DNA of 64,000 nt, from positions 248,001-312,000 of IMG/VR virus record IMGVR_UViG_3300027985_000843. The stretch is one strand, 5' to 3'. Below the pieces are notes generated by a model. It did not search any database, had not been told where the DNA came from, and saw nothing but the letters and a program-made list of their open reading frames with translations. This document shows, piece by piece, positions 1 through 9,347 of this stretch (within the stretch, counting starts at the first letter, position 1; each line of letters begins with the position of its first letter). Made by a program: the position numbers and the translations under genes.

Positions 1-51
1 AAGGGACAACAGTTTTTGAAACTGCCGCGTCTGCCATTTCGCCACCTGAGC
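1..51 (-). tRNA. tRNA-Leu(CAA), 3' end outside window
   Basis: rc GCTCAGGTGGCGAAATGGCAGACGCGGCAGTTTCAAAAACTGT; Leu-type D arm, loop TTCAAAA. Confidence 0.8.
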
Positions 52-139
52 AAATGTCCGCCGACCGAAGTGCCGGCAGACTGGGGGCCAAGTTTCCCTG
101 GCACCTTCCACCACTTCCTGACCCGAGGGTCGGGGAAGA

Positions 140-370
140 TCAGAACCTTATATCATGAACCCTACACCACTCGGCATAGTTGACCCACACAAATCGGTCA
201 TGCTTGCAGTTCGGGCATGGCCTCTTGCTGGGCCTGGACCGCCATGTGTGGCCGCAGCTACAGCACTTGTAGACAGCACAACCACTGCACTGACATTCCG
301 TACGCCACGAGCCGGACCCGGGGAACCCTTCCTCGACGGTCGTTCTCGTGATTGTCCTGCGCTTATTCAC
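140..370 (-). CDS. small Cys-rich (Zn-ribbon-like) hypothetical protein
   Basis: 76 aa ORF with several CxxC pairs, between tRNAs. Confidence 0.55.
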   Translation of the reverse strand: MNKRRTITRTTVEEGFPGSGSWRTECQCSGCAVYKCCSCGHTWRSRPSKRPCPNCKHDRFVWVNYAEWCRVHDIRF

Positions 371-446
371 GGTGCGTCCCCCCGGATTTGAACCGAGACA
401 CGCCCAGTTATGAGCTGGGGGCTCTGACCTATTGAGCTAGGGACGC
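371..446 (-). tRNA. tRNA-Met/Ile2(CAT)
   Basis: full cloverleaf, anticodon loop CTCATAA, T loop TTCAAAT. Confidence 0.9.
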
Positions 447-628
447 GCACACTCCGCACACCGAGCCTTCTCTTTGGGCGCTTCTCCACGATACACCTTC
501 TGGTGGCCGCATTCCAGCGTCACCGTGATGATGTCGATCCCTCGACGCCAGCTGAACGCGCCACCCCGAACCGACGTGCGATCCGGTTCCTTCTCGACCT
601 TGCGGCCTACAATCGCTCGGTATGTCAT
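437..628 (-). CDS. hypothetical protein (LECGH...CAEC)
   Basis: ORF MTYRAIVG..., ATG 10 nt after GGTGTA motif. Confidence 0.55.
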   Translation of the reverse strand: MTYRAIVGRKVEKEPDRTSVRGGAFSWRRGIDIITVTLECGHQKVYRGEAPKEKARCAECARP

Positions 629-646
629 GGGAGGACCATACACCGC

Positions 647-865
647 TCAGTCGAGCGGTACCCCCTCCAGCGTCCTGTGGATGGTCCGTATGGCCCACCC
701 CACCGCATCTTTCAAGGGGACTCGATGGAACTCCTTGCCACACTCCGTACACTGACGGAAAAACTCTCTCGTCTTGAGGTCGACATGATTCCACAAGACG
801 CCCTTACATCCCGGGTCCTCACAAGGAGGGCCTACGGGCTCGAACTGGGGGATATTTGTTGTCAT
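647..865 (-). CDS. Zn-finger-like hypothetical protein
   Basis: MTTNIPQF...CEDPGC...CTECG; the ATG shares its A with the CCA of tRNA-Leu(TAA). Confidence 0.6.
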   Translation of the reverse strand: MTTNIPQFEPVGPPCEDPGCKGVLWNHVDLKTREFFRQCTECGKEFHRVPLKDAVGWAIRTIHRTLEGVPLD

Positions 866-951
866 GGTGGCCCTCCCGGGACTCGAACCCGGACACCCAC
901 GAGGGGTAGCGGGGTTTAAGCCCGCCGCGTCTGCCATTTCACCAGAGAGCC
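865..951 (-). tRNA. tRNA-Leu(TAA)
   Basis: cloverleaf with long variable arm, loop CTTAAAC, encoded CCA. Confidence 0.95.
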
Positions 952-952
952 G

Positions 953-1028
953 TGGTAGCCGGTGCGAGGATCGAACTCGCCTAGAACTGCTTGTAAAACA
1001 GCCACCGTCGCCAGACGGTTCACCGGCC
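953..1028 (-). tRNA. tRNA-Val(TAC), atypical D arm
   Basis: acceptor GGCCGGT/ACCGGCT, loop TTTACAA, T loop TTCGATC, CCA. Confidence 0.8.
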
Positions 1029-1550
1029 GTGAAGCACCTCCTGCACCCACAAGGTGTTGAGGCGGAGAATCTCCTCCCCGATGCGACGATTGATCTCTCG
1101 GTGGGCCTCGTACATACGGGGCGTAAACTTCCTGTATCGCAAGTGATCCATAGCGGTGCAATCATTCTTGACCCTAGCCCACCCCCACTTGGCGTCAACC
1201 TTCTGACCCCACAACAGAAGAGGCACCGCTTCATACCCGTCGTAGACGTAGTACGGGACGGGTTCGGGGATGCCCTTGAACGCCCGTCGACGGCCAATTT
1301 TACGGGCGATCCACCGAACGACGCAGAAGCCATACTCGCGATCCCGGCCACCAGCTCCATACTCGAAGCCGATACGGCACTTCCCACGGTCGTACACCAG
1401 CTCCTTCTCGGTGAGAGGGCCGTGGATGCCGGAGGTCTCCCAGCTCAAGCCCATGAAGGTGTGAAAGGGTCGGTAGTTCAGGCTCAAGAACTCGACCATC
1501 CTGGCCTGAGCCTTGCGACTCCGGCAGGGCACTGCGATGGCGTAGCCCAT
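1020..1550 (-). CDS. hypothetical protein
   Basis: 176 aa ORF, coupled to upstream gene. Confidence 0.6.
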   Translation of the reverse strand: MGYAIAVPCRSRKAQARMVEFLSLNYRPFHTFMGLSWETSGIHGPLTEKELVYDRGKCRIGFEYGAGGRDREYGFCVVRWIARKIGRRRAFKGIPEPVPYYVYDGYEAVPLLLWGQKVDAKWGWARVKNDCTAMDHLRYRKFTPRMYEAHREINRRIGEEILRLNTLWVQEVLHGR

Positions 1551-1551
1551 G

Positions 1552-1830
1552 CTAGTCCTCGTTCAAGGTGCCCTTGTTGAGGATCAAAAGGCTCATAATC
1601 ACGAACCCCTCTTCAAGACCAGGGAACTCCCCGTGCTTCAAGAGGTGCGTCACCTTCGCGACCACATGTCGACCGGTGAACTTCTTCGTGATGGGGTTCC
1701 ATTCATGCAGGTCCAACAGAGACCCGACCTCGAAGCCACGGTCATCCTTCCGCAGCTCGTAGGTCTTGATACCGTCCCAGACAGCCATGAAAGCCGAGGG
1801 CCATGTCTTGAGCCTATGTAGCTTCTGCAT
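1552..1830 (-). CDS. DUF3850/ASCH (PUA-like) protein
   Basis: HRLKTWP..F..V..G.KTYELRKDDRGFEVG..L.L.EW pattern. Confidence 0.8.
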   Translation of the reverse strand: MQKLHRLKTWPSAFMAVWDGIKTYELRKDDRGFEVGSLLDLHEWNPITKKFTGRHVVAKVTHLLKHGEFPGLEEGFVIMSLLILNKGTLNED

Positions 1831-1848
1831 GACCCTAAGATACACCAC

Positions 1849-1935
1849 TGGTCGGCACGGGGGGAATTGAACCCCCACGGTCGCGAGGACCACCAGGGCC
1901 TAAACCTGGCGCGGCTGCCATTACGCCACGTGCCG
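1849..1935 (-). tRNA. tRNA-Leu(TAG)
   Basis: cloverleaf, loop TTTAGGC, long variable arm, CCA. Confidence 0.95.
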
Positions 1936-2008
1936 GTGCACGGCGCGGGAATCGAACCCGCCTATGCCATCGCGTGAAGATGGTGCCCTCCCAGAGTGCT
2001 AGCCGTGC
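1935..2008 (-). tRNA. tRNA-Val(CAC)
   Basis: acceptor GCACGGC/GCCGTGC, loop TTCACGC. Confidence 0.85.
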
Positions 2009-2010
2009 GT

Positions 2011-2086
2011 TGGATGGGGAGACGGGATTCGAACCCGTAACGGCCTGGGTCAAAGCCAGGTGCTCTACCGATTGAACTACTCCCCA
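2011..2086 (-). tRNA. tRNA-Gln(TTG)
   Basis: T1-A72 acceptor, loop CTTTGAC, CCA. Confidence 0.95.
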
Positions 2087-2087
2087 A

Positions 2088-2160
2088 TGGTCGCGATGAA
2101 GGGACTCGGACCCTTGCGGTCACGGTTATGAGCCGAGCCGGTCACCTTGACGCACCGCGA
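2088..2160 (-). tRNA. tRNA-Met(CAT)-like, atypical
   Basis: acceptor TCGCGGT/ATCGCGA, loop CTCATAA, T loop TCCGAGT (not TTC), mismatch in anticodon stem. Confidence 0.65.
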
Positions 2161-2265
2161 ATTTATCCCATTGTGCCCCAACCATCATTGGGAACACGAC
2201 CATCCATGAGGGGCGCCTCCCGCCTCGGGACATCGTGAATGCACTTGTGGTTCATATCACTTGAA

Positions 2266-3270
2266 ATGCAACGAATTCTGCTAGTAGAAGACAGCCCGTC
2301 GGACAGAGAAATCTTGAAGTACCTGCTCGAAGAGCAGTTCAAGAAGGAGGTCGTTCTACACGAAGCTCCGTCACTGTCCAAGGCAGTAGAGATTCTCGAC
2401 AAAGAGGGTATCGATTGTGTCGTGCTTGACCTTCAGCTGCCGGACTCCGCAGGTAAAGAGACGTTCCAAAAGCTGTACGCCAGGTACTCACACATCCCGT
2501 TCATCGTGATGACCAACAATAAGGACCGCTTGCTGGCCGTCGAGATGATCCAGCTCGGAGCCGCAGACTTCGTCCTGAAGAATTACACCGACGAGGAAGA
2601 CATCTTCCGACGCATCGTGTTCGCGATCGAAAAGCACAAGAGGAGCGTTCGGGTGGACCCTACTGAAGCGGACAGCTTCCGGCGCGTGTCGAGCGCCAAT
2701 TTCAGGTTGGTGCAAGCTCAGGAGGACGACGCTAGCCCCAGCACCATTCGGAACATCCAAGTCGAGACGACAGCAGCTGTTGCGGATCTGTCCCGCAAAA
2801 CGTTCGCGGCTCTCCAGGAGATCAACATCAGCTTCGCGAAGAACAACATGCAGTGGAGCGAGGTCGCGAAGACAGTTGCCATCCTCGACAAGGAGCTTCT
2901 CAGGGGGCATTCCAACAGGCCCAGCATGCGGTCGCAGATGGACCTGATGGACCATCGCATTCAGGTTCTCGAAGGCGAGGTCAACGGCTTGCAAGAAGAC
3001 GTCACCGAGACGAACATCACAGCCATCAAAGAGAACAACCAGACGGCTCGCACCAAACTGTCCATGTGGACCAAGCTGCTGATCGCGCTCCTGACCCTGC
3101 TCGGTGTTCTCGCCACCGCCGCCGCCACCTACTTCGCCGCCGCTGCCAACGCCAGCAAGAAGGAATACGAGTCCCTGAAGGACTACGACGCCTTGAGGGC
3201 GGCATCCACCGCTGCGGCACCGAAGAAAGCCCCGGCAACCCTAGACCCAAATCCAAAGAGTAGCAAATGA
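2266..3270 (+). CDS. response-regulator receiver fused to coiled coil and C-terminal TM segment
   Basis: ILLVEDS, VVLDLQLPDS (phospho-Asp), GAADFVLK; hydrophobic LLIALLTLLGVLATAAATYF. Confidence 0.85.
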   Translation: MQRILLVEDSPSDREILKYLLEEQFKKEVVLHEAPSLSKAVEILDKEGIDCVVLDLQLPDSAGKETFQKLYARYSHIPFIVMTNNKDRLLAVEMIQLGAADFVLKNYTDEEDIFRRIVFAIEKHKRSVRVDPTEADSFRRVSSANFRLVQAQEDDASPSTIRNIQVETTAAVADLSRKTFAALQEINISFAKNNMQWSEVAKTVAILDKELLRGHSNRPSMRSQMDLMDHRIQVLEGEVNGLQEDVTETNITAIKENNQTARTKLSMWTKLLIALLTLLGVLATAAATYFAAAANASKKEYESLKDYDALRAASTAAAPKKAPATLDPNPKSSK

Positions 3271-4418
3271 CTGACACCACGAGGCCCGTTCCGGAACCCC
3301 TCCCGGAATGCGACTACGACTATCAGTGCCCGCGAAGAGAGATTCTCAGCCGGCTGTACGGGATCATGAAGGCCATCCCCGATTCTGTGTTCGAGATCGA
3401 CAGAGAGGGGCGGCATCTGTTCGTGCATGCCAACGGGGATACCCCTACGGACCCAAGACGGATCAAGGGGATGACCCTTCAGGAGCTGCTACCCGAAGAC
3501 ATTGTCGAGCCCACCATGCAGGCCATTCAACAAGTCCTGGAGACGGGGCAAAACATGACCCTGGACTACTCCATCCCACCCGCCGAAGGCAGCGGCGGTC
3601 CGGTGAGGCACCTCCAGGCGCACCTAGGCCGAACGCCCAACATGACCGTCGTGGCGATCGTCCGAAATGTGTCTGACCTGGTCGAACACCAGAAGAAGCT
3701 CCTCGAAGCAAACCAAGCCCTCACCCAATTCACATCCCTCGTCTCCCACGACCTGCGAGAACCCCTCACCGGGATTGCAGGCTTCGCTACCCTGTTGCAA
3801 AACCGCTACGAGGGCGATCTCGACGAACGAGGCCAACACTTCCTGGACCGGATCGTGGAGGTGTCGAAGCAAATGGAGAAAAAGCTGGACGACCTTCTCG
3901 CTTTTTCAAAGGCCGGAAAGGAGACGCCCTTCGAGCCCTTCCCCTTCGGAGCCGCCGTAGAGGAGGCAAAACGAGCCCTAGTACGAAAAATCGCTACCAC
4001 TGGAACGCGCATCGAGATCGTCGGAGAGTTGCCAATCGTGCACGGGGATCGAAGTCTTATCGCTCAAGTCTTGCAGAATCTGTTTTCGAACTCGATCAAG
4101 TACAGACGGAAAGACGAGACGCCCCACATTACGATCGAGGTAACCTCTCACGACCTTCCCTTCTGGAAAGTTGCCGTGAAGGACAATGGTATCGGCTTCG
4201 ATATGCGACACCGGGACAAGATTTTTGGAGTTTTCCAGCGCCTGTACACGGTCGAGCAGTACCCTGGAACAGGAATCGGCCTCGCTATCGCACGCCGTAT
4301 CATCGAGCGCCATGGGGGAGACATCTGGCCTTGGTCCGAACCAGGAGCCGGAGCCACATTCTACTTCACTCTACCCAAACCGACGGTCGACGATCATGGT
4401 GGATATCCTGCTGGTTGA
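3267..4418 (+). CDS. PAS-domain sensor histidine kinase (HisKA + HATPase)
   Basis: SHDLREPL H-box, QNLFSNSIKY N-box, DNGIGF G1, GTGIGL G2. Confidence 0.95.
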   Translation: MTDTTRPVPEPLPECDYDYQCPRREILSRLYGIMKAIPDSVFEIDREGRHLFVHANGDTPTDPRRIKGMTLQELLPEDIVEPTMQAIQQVLETGQNMTLDYSIPPAEGSGGPVRHLQAHLGRTPNMTVVAIVRNVSDLVEHQKKLLEANQALTQFTSLVSHDLREPLTGIAGFATLLQNRYEGDLDERGQHFLDRIVEVSKQMEKKLDDLLAFSKAGKETPFEPFPFGAAVEEAKRALVRKIATTGTRIEIVGELPIVHGDRSLIAQVLQNLFSNSIKYRRKDETPHITIEVTSHDLPFWKVAVKDNGIGFDMRHRDKIFGVFQRLYTVEQYPGTGIGLAIARRIIERHGGDIWPWSEPGAGATFYFTLPKPTVDDHGGYPAG

Positions 4419-4836
4419 AGACAATTCCGTAGACGCCGAGCTGTTCATCGAGGCGTTTAGCGATGCATGCAAGTGTGATCCGGTCATCAGTGTCGTATCA
4501 GACGGAGAAGAGGCCCTCAAGGCCATCCACGAGGGCCCTAGGCCGACCTTCGTCCTGCTCGACCTGAACCTACCCAAGATGGGGGGCCTGGACGTCCTGA
4601 AGGCCATCAGGCTCGATGACGATCCCGAGGTCAACCTGATGCCGGTGATCATTCTCACCAACTCCAAGTTGCCCCAGGACGTACGAAGGGCCTACCGACA
4701 CAGGTGCAATGCCTTCGTCCAAAAGCCCATTGGGTACCCACAGCTATTGGACATGGCACGCAAACTCAACCACTTCTGGTGCCAGTGCGCCATCCTACCG
4801 AACCAACGGAACACCCCCGTTCCGCCTTCCATCTAG
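4396..4836 (+). CDS. single-domain response regulator (Rcp1-like)
   Basis: ILLVEDN, VLLDLNLPKMGG, ILTNS, AFVQKP. Confidence 0.9.
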   Translation: MVDILLVEDNSVDAELFIEAFSDACKCDPVISVVSDGEEALKAIHEGPRPTFVLLDLNLPKMGGLDVLKAIRLDDDPEVNLMPVIILTNSKLPQDVRRAYRHRCNAFVQKPIGYPQLLDMARKLNHFWCQCAILPNQRNTPVPPSI

Positions 4837-4840
4837 CCTA

Positions 4841-4914
4841 GCCTCCCCGGCTGGGCTCGAACCAGCATCTTGACCTTCGGAGGGTCACGTGATTTCCTTT
4901 TCACTACGAGGAGA
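4841..4914 (-). tRNA. tRNA-Arg(CCG)
   Basis: cloverleaf, loop CTCCGAA, no encoded CCA. Confidence 0.85.
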
Positions 4915-4921
4915 TACACAC

Positions 4922-4997
4922 TGGAGTCCACGGAGGGATTCGAACCCTCAACCTTTGGCTTCGAAGGCCACTGCACTATCCATTGTGCTACGCGGAC
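4922..4997 (-). tRNA. tRNA-Arg(TCG)
   Basis: cloverleaf, loop CTTCGAA, CCA. Confidence 0.95.
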
Positions 4998-5051
4998 ACA
5001 ACGCCACAACCCGTGGTATACAATAGCGTCAAGTTTTTTTTTTCAAATCCT

Positions 5052-5080
5052 CCGAACCTTCATCGTCGAGGGGCGTAGTA
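5052..5080 (+). promoter_or_regulatory. ECF-type promoter-like motif CCGAAC-N16-CGTAGTA
   Basis: one of 9 copies; ATG 5 nt downstream. Confidence 0.75.
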
Positions 5081-5085
5081 CGATC

Positions 5086-7500
5086 ATGAAAGCGACAACA
5101 ATCGCACTAGCAATAGTGGCGACGACTATCCTGGGGTGTGGAAACCCCGTAGACGTGTTCGGGGATCCCCTCAACGTTGACAGTGACAGCGCGGTCGACG
5201 GAGGGCAGGACGAGGGTACTGACATCACCCCAGATGTAGATTCGGCCACCCCAGATGTGGGTGAAGATACCGATGCTGGCACGGACAGCGACGTTCCCGA
5301 TGAATATGTCCCTGACGGAGACGCCCAAGAGGATGTTGTCGAGGAGCCTGATGCGGCGCCTGTTTGCACCCCCGACACCACCCGCTGCACTGGCCTCGCG
5401 GTCGAAACCTGCAATGCCGACGGTACAGCATGGGAAATGACCAAGACATGTCCCTATCTGTGCGATGAGGGAGCCTGCTCCGGGGAGTGTCAACCAGGTT
5501 CCAGTCAATGTGCCTGGAACGACCTCCAGATATGCGACACCCAAGGATCGTGGACGACCACAGTGGTGTGCCCTTACGTCTGCTCAAACGGGGCATGCGC
5601 CGGAGAGTGTGTCCCTGGCAGCAAGAAGTGCGATGGCCTCGTCCCGCAACTCTGTGAAGCCGACGGGCACTGGGTCAACTTCACAGCGTGCTCTCAGATG
5701 TGCACGGCCGGGGAATGTGCCTTTGGTTGCTCGACGGGCGAGACCATATGCAACGGCCTCCAGGTCCAGGTCTGCAACGCCAACCATGCGTGGGAAGTCA
5801 CGCAGACGTGCCCCTACGCCTGCTCGGGCGGGGCATGCACGGGCCTGTGCGTGCCCGGAGCCACACAGTGCTCCGGCGATTCCGTCCAGATGTGCAGCAC
5901 CCAAGGCCAATGGAGCATGGAGACATCCTGTCCCAACACATGTCTCAACGGGACCTGTGTGAACTGTACCCCCGGCGAGCGAGTCTGCGATGGCACGGGC
6001 TACAAGGAGTGCGGCTCCACGGGCATGTGGGGCGCGGTTGTCCCGTGTGCGGGCGACGCGAACGCGAGCCCGACTTGCACGGGGGCCGGCGTGTGCGGGT
6101 GGACCTGCAACCCGGGCTACGCCGACTGCACGAGCGGGGCCGGATGCGAGAGCAACCTGAATGACCCATCGACTTGCGGTTCGTGCTCGAACTCCTGTGA
6201 TGGGACCAACGGAACCCCAACGTGCACGAGCGGGACGTGCGGCATCACGTGCAACCCAGGATGGGCCAACTGTGGGAGCGGGGCCGGGTGCGAGACACCT
6301 CTGGGTACGATGACCAACTGCCAGGCATGCGGCGACTCCTGTGGGTCATCATCGCTTCCGAACTCGGAGGTGACCTGTGAGCCCACGGAGGGGTGCGTAA
6401 CGTCCTGTGAGCAAACATGGGGCGACTGCGATGGCATCGTATCCAACGGGTGCGAGCACAACGTGTGGAGCGACCCCGACAACTGCGGAGCGTGCGGGGT
6501 GACTTGCTACGGAGGGACCTGCTCGGCCGGCGTGTGCAGCCAGGACCTTGAGGTGGTGTCGGTGAGTCCTGCGAAGATCAACGCAGTCGACATCGACGCA
6601 ACACACGTCTACTGGTCGACCACGGGAGCAACGGGACCCTTCTACATCTACCGGGCCCCGAAGGCGGGCGGCCCAGCAGAGCTTCTCACGACCACCGCAG
6701 GCCAGGCGTACCCCATCGTTGTCGTTGGGTCGTACGTCGTCTTTCACGACAGCTCCACCCACGCTATCAACCGGATTCCCAAGACGGGCGGAAGCATCTC
6801 CACCATCACGAGCCCTGGCTACGCCCTCTGGGACATCGCGACGGACGGGACCAACATCTTCTGGACCGACGCAGATGGGATCCCATGCAACTGCTCGAAT
6901 CCGAGCCCTGACCACGTATATCGAATGCCCGTGACAGGCGGGGTCCAGGAGACAGTCGCGACCTACAAGTACGAGCTGACGGGGTGGATCGAAGCCGACG
7001 CTGACCGACTCTACGTGACCAGTCGAGGCATCTGGTACCCGAGCATCAGCCAATACCAGGGAGGGCTGTACTACGCCGGCACGGTCTCCACGAACCTGGT
7101 CATGAACTCGGGGCCGACGGTGAGCACCGTCTACGACCTCGGGCAAGGGCAATACTTCGAGCAGGTCGGTGACGTGGCGGTCAACGACACCCACGCGTTC
7201 TTCTACGTCCAGCCCAACTACTCGGGTTCGATGGTGGTCCGAGTCCAGAAGGGAGCTGCGGTCACGGAGAAGGTTGCCGAAGGGGCTTCGAGCTACGGCT
7301 TCAAGGCCGACACCTCCAACTTCTACTGGACCGAAAGCACCATGATCCACAGGACTTCCGTGAACGGAAGCACAACTGAGACCTTCGTCTCGGGGCAACT
7401 TGGGACGAATCAGATCCGCCTCGACGACACCCACGCCTACTGGAAGGTGGCGGGATATACCGGAACGTCAGTTTACGCCATCATGAGGGCGGAAAAATAG
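5086..7500 (+). CDS. large Cys-rich repeat lipoprotein with C-terminal beta-propeller-like domain
   Basis: signal peptide ending ILGC, acidic linker, repeated C..G..W.....C...C..G.C units, YWT/YWS blade repeats; myxobacterial-style surface protein. Confidence 0.85.
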   Translation: MKATTIALAIVATTILGCGNPVDVFGDPLNVDSDSAVDGGQDEGTDITPDVDSATPDVGEDTDAGTDSDVPDEYVPDGDAQEDVVEEPDAAPVCTPDTTRCTGLAVETCNADGTAWEMTKTCPYLCDEGACSGECQPGSSQCAWNDLQICDTQGSWTTTVVCPYVCSNGACAGECVPGSKKCDGLVPQLCEADGHWVNFTACSQMCTAGECAFGCSTGETICNGLQVQVCNANHAWEVTQTCPYACSGGACTGLCVPGATQCSGDSVQMCSTQGQWSMETSCPNTCLNGTCVNCTPGERVCDGTGYKECGSTGMWGAVVPCAGDANASPTCTGAGVCGWTCNPGYADCTSGAGCESNLNDPSTCGSCSNSCDGTNGTPTCTSGTCGITCNPGWANCGSGAGCETPLGTMTNCQACGDSCGSSSLPNSEVTCEPTEGCVTSCEQTWGDCDGIVSNGCEHNVWSDPDNCGACGVTCYGGTCSAGVCSQDLEVVSVSPAKINAVDIDATHVYWSTTGATGPFYIYRAPKAGGPAELLTTTAGQAYPIVVVGSYVVFHDSSTHAINRIPKTGGSISTITSPGYALWDIATDGTNIFWTDADGIPCNCSNPSPDHVYRMPVTGGVQETVATYKYELTGWIEADADRLYVTSRGIWYPSISQYQGGLYYAGTVSTNLVMNSGPTVSTVYDLGQGQYFEQVGDVAVNDTHAFFYVQPNYSGSMVVRVQKGAAVTEKVAEGASSYGFKADTSNFYWTESTMIHRTSVNGSTTETFVSGQLGTNQIRLDDTHAYWKVAGYTGTSVYAIMRAEK

Positions 7501-7536
7501 TCTTGACCTGAACAGGCGATGGTGTAGGATAGTGTC

Positions 7537-7704
7537 ATGAACCCTACTACATCAGAATGGTTTGCGTCTTTGGCGCCGAAAGAACGGAAGGGTCTGGTGT
7601 GCCTCCTCTTCGGCATTCGAGGCGAGCTTGAACTGCGACCGAGGTACCCTCTCTTCCTGGAGTTCATTCGGGTCCTCGACAATGAGTATCACAGCCTGAA
7701 GTAG
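7537..7704 (+). CDS. small hypothetical protein (55 aa, below ORF-track cutoff)
   Basis: MNPTTSEWFASLAPKERKGLVCLLFG...; ATG 10 nt after GGTGTA. Confidence 0.5.
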   Translation: MNPTTSEWFASLAPKERKGLVCLLFGIRGELELRPRYPLFLEFIRVLDNEYHSLK

Positions 7705-7780
7705 TGGCATCCCCGGAGGGATTCGAACCCTCACCGAACGGCTTAGAAGGCCGCTGCCCTATCCGTTGGGCGACGGGGAC
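7705..7780 (-). tRNA. tRNA-Arg(TCT)
   Basis: cloverleaf, loop CTTCTAA, CCA. Confidence 0.95.
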
Positions 7781-7781
7781 A

Positions 7782-7856
7782 TGGAGGCGACGGTGGGAAT
7801 CGAACCCACGAATGACTGTTTTGCAGACAGCTCCCTTACCACTTGGGTACGTCGCC
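7782..7856 (-). tRNA. tRNA-Cys(GCA)
   Basis: cloverleaf, loop CTGCAAA, U73, CCA. Confidence 0.95.
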
Positions 7857-7882
7857 ATTTTACCTATGGATATGCAAGGGGC

Positions 7883-8167
7883 ATGGAACCCATTGTCGCA
7901 CGCATCGTCCAACGGTACCTGAGGACCGTGGAAGCTTTCAAGTACCAGCCCCAAGAGAAGAAAAAGACCAAGGTCGACCGGATCAAGAAGCTCATCCGGG
8001 ACGAGACCGGCCTCCCCAATAGTGCTGCTGAAGGCATCGCAGACGCTCTCGTGCGAGGTCGGGACCTCGACGCCCTGGCGGTACAGAAGGACTGGCCTAT
8101 CGAGAACGGGACCATTGAGGGTCCCAAGGGCTCTCTTTCGGTCAAGAAAGTGAAGGACAGTCTGTGA
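7883..8167 (+). CDS. hypothetical protein with IVARIVQRYL leader
   Basis: 94 aa ORF, overlaps next start (GTGA). Confidence 0.7.
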   Translation: MEPIVARIVQRYLRTVEAFKYQPQEKKKTKVDRIKKLIRDETGLPNSAAEGIADALVRGRDLDALAVQKDWPIENGTIEGPKGSLSVKKVKDSL

Positions 8168-8637
8168 AAATCCTGATCGTCGAGGATAGCCTGGCCGATC
8201 GTGAACTTCTGGTCTTCGCCCTTCAAGAGAACTTCAAGACCGAAGCCAAGTTCCGAGAGGCCGACAGCCTGAAGTCCGCCCACGACTACCTGAGGCGCGG
8301 CGGCTTCGACTGTGTCATCCTCGACCTTCATCTGCCCGACTCATCAGGCATCGACACCTTTCTGCTGCTTCACGACGCCTACCCTGATGTTCCGATCGTG
8401 GTCGTGAGCAACACCAACGACTTCCGGCTGGCTCTCAGGATGATCCGGCTCGGGGCCGACGACTTCATCGTCAAGAACTTCACCGACCCCGACATGGTCT
8501 TTCGGAGGGTGGCTTTCGCCATCGAGAGGAACAGCCGTGACCGGCCACCCCCGAGCATCCTTTCGGATATCGGTGACCTTGGGGACCTCGATGACGATCC
8601 CCCGCCTGACACTCTACCGTCAAGAGCAGACCCATGA
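8164..8637 (+). CDS. response regulator receiver protein
   Basis: ILIVEDS, VILDLHLPDS, GADDFIVK. Confidence 0.9.
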   Translation: MKILIVEDSLADRELLVFALQENFKTEAKFREADSLKSAHDYLRRGGFDCVILDLHLPDSSGIDTFLLLHDAYPDVPIVVVSNTNDFRLALRMIRLGADDFIVKNFTDPDMVFRRVAFAIERNSRDRPPPSILSDIGDLGDLDDDPPPDTLPSRADP

Positions 8638-9347
8638 TCCACGACTACGACAGATCCAAGCCTTCGTACGATTACGACCGAACCTTTCTGACGTACGATC
8701 GTAGTAGAGACATGAGCCACACCGCGTCCGACATCCCTGAAGGCTACGATGCCGACGAATGGGACGACATGGACGAGGACGAGCGAGGTCGGGCTCTCAC
8801 GGAACTCACAACTCAACAGAGCAAGACACACGCAAGCATTCGATCTTGGATCAACAGATCCAAAGTCCGGGCACCCAACCCGGTCCCCAAGTATCGTACG
8901 ATCACGACCTTTGCCACGATCGACAACGACATCCGAGATGATGAGCATGGTGTTGTCATCGGGTTTGAAGCCAACACCAGCGATGGGAGCCTCGGAGACG
9001 ACGATCAGGGGCAAGGGTTTCTCACGGTCGAACACGACAATGCCCGGTACAGCAGCGTCCACGGAAACAAGACCTTCGACCTCTCGAAGGGGGCGGATGC
9101 GTTGGTCGACTTCCTCGCTGACCGGCAGAAGGTTTTCACCGTGAAGCTAAAGGTCTTGGCTGCCTTGTTCAAGCATACGCACATGACAGACAGTGACTTG
9201 GGCAGCGACGAGACCCTTTATCAAATCGGCTTGTGGGAACCCGGCAAAGACCCGACGAAGTTCCTCAAGCAGTTCATTAAAGACACAGGTACAGACCCGG
9301 CCACGCTCCCCGAGTTGGTCAAGGTCGTCAAGAAGGTACGATCATGA
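8634..9347 (+). CDS. hypothetical protein with triple (Y)DYDR leader
   Basis: MIHDYDRSKPSYDYDRTFLTYDRS; coupled ATGA overlaps. Confidence 0.75.
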   Translation: MIHDYDRSKPSYDYDRTFLTYDRSRDMSHTASDIPEGYDADEWDDMDEDERGRALTELTTQQSKTHASIRSWINRSKVRAPNPVPKYRTITTFATIDNDIRDDEHGVVIGFEANTSDGSLGDDDQGQGFLTVEHDNARYSSVHGNKTFDLSKGADALVDFLADRQKVFTVKLKVLAALFKHTHMTDSDLGSDETLYQIGLWEPGKDPTKFLKQFIKDTGTDPATLPELVKVVKKVRS

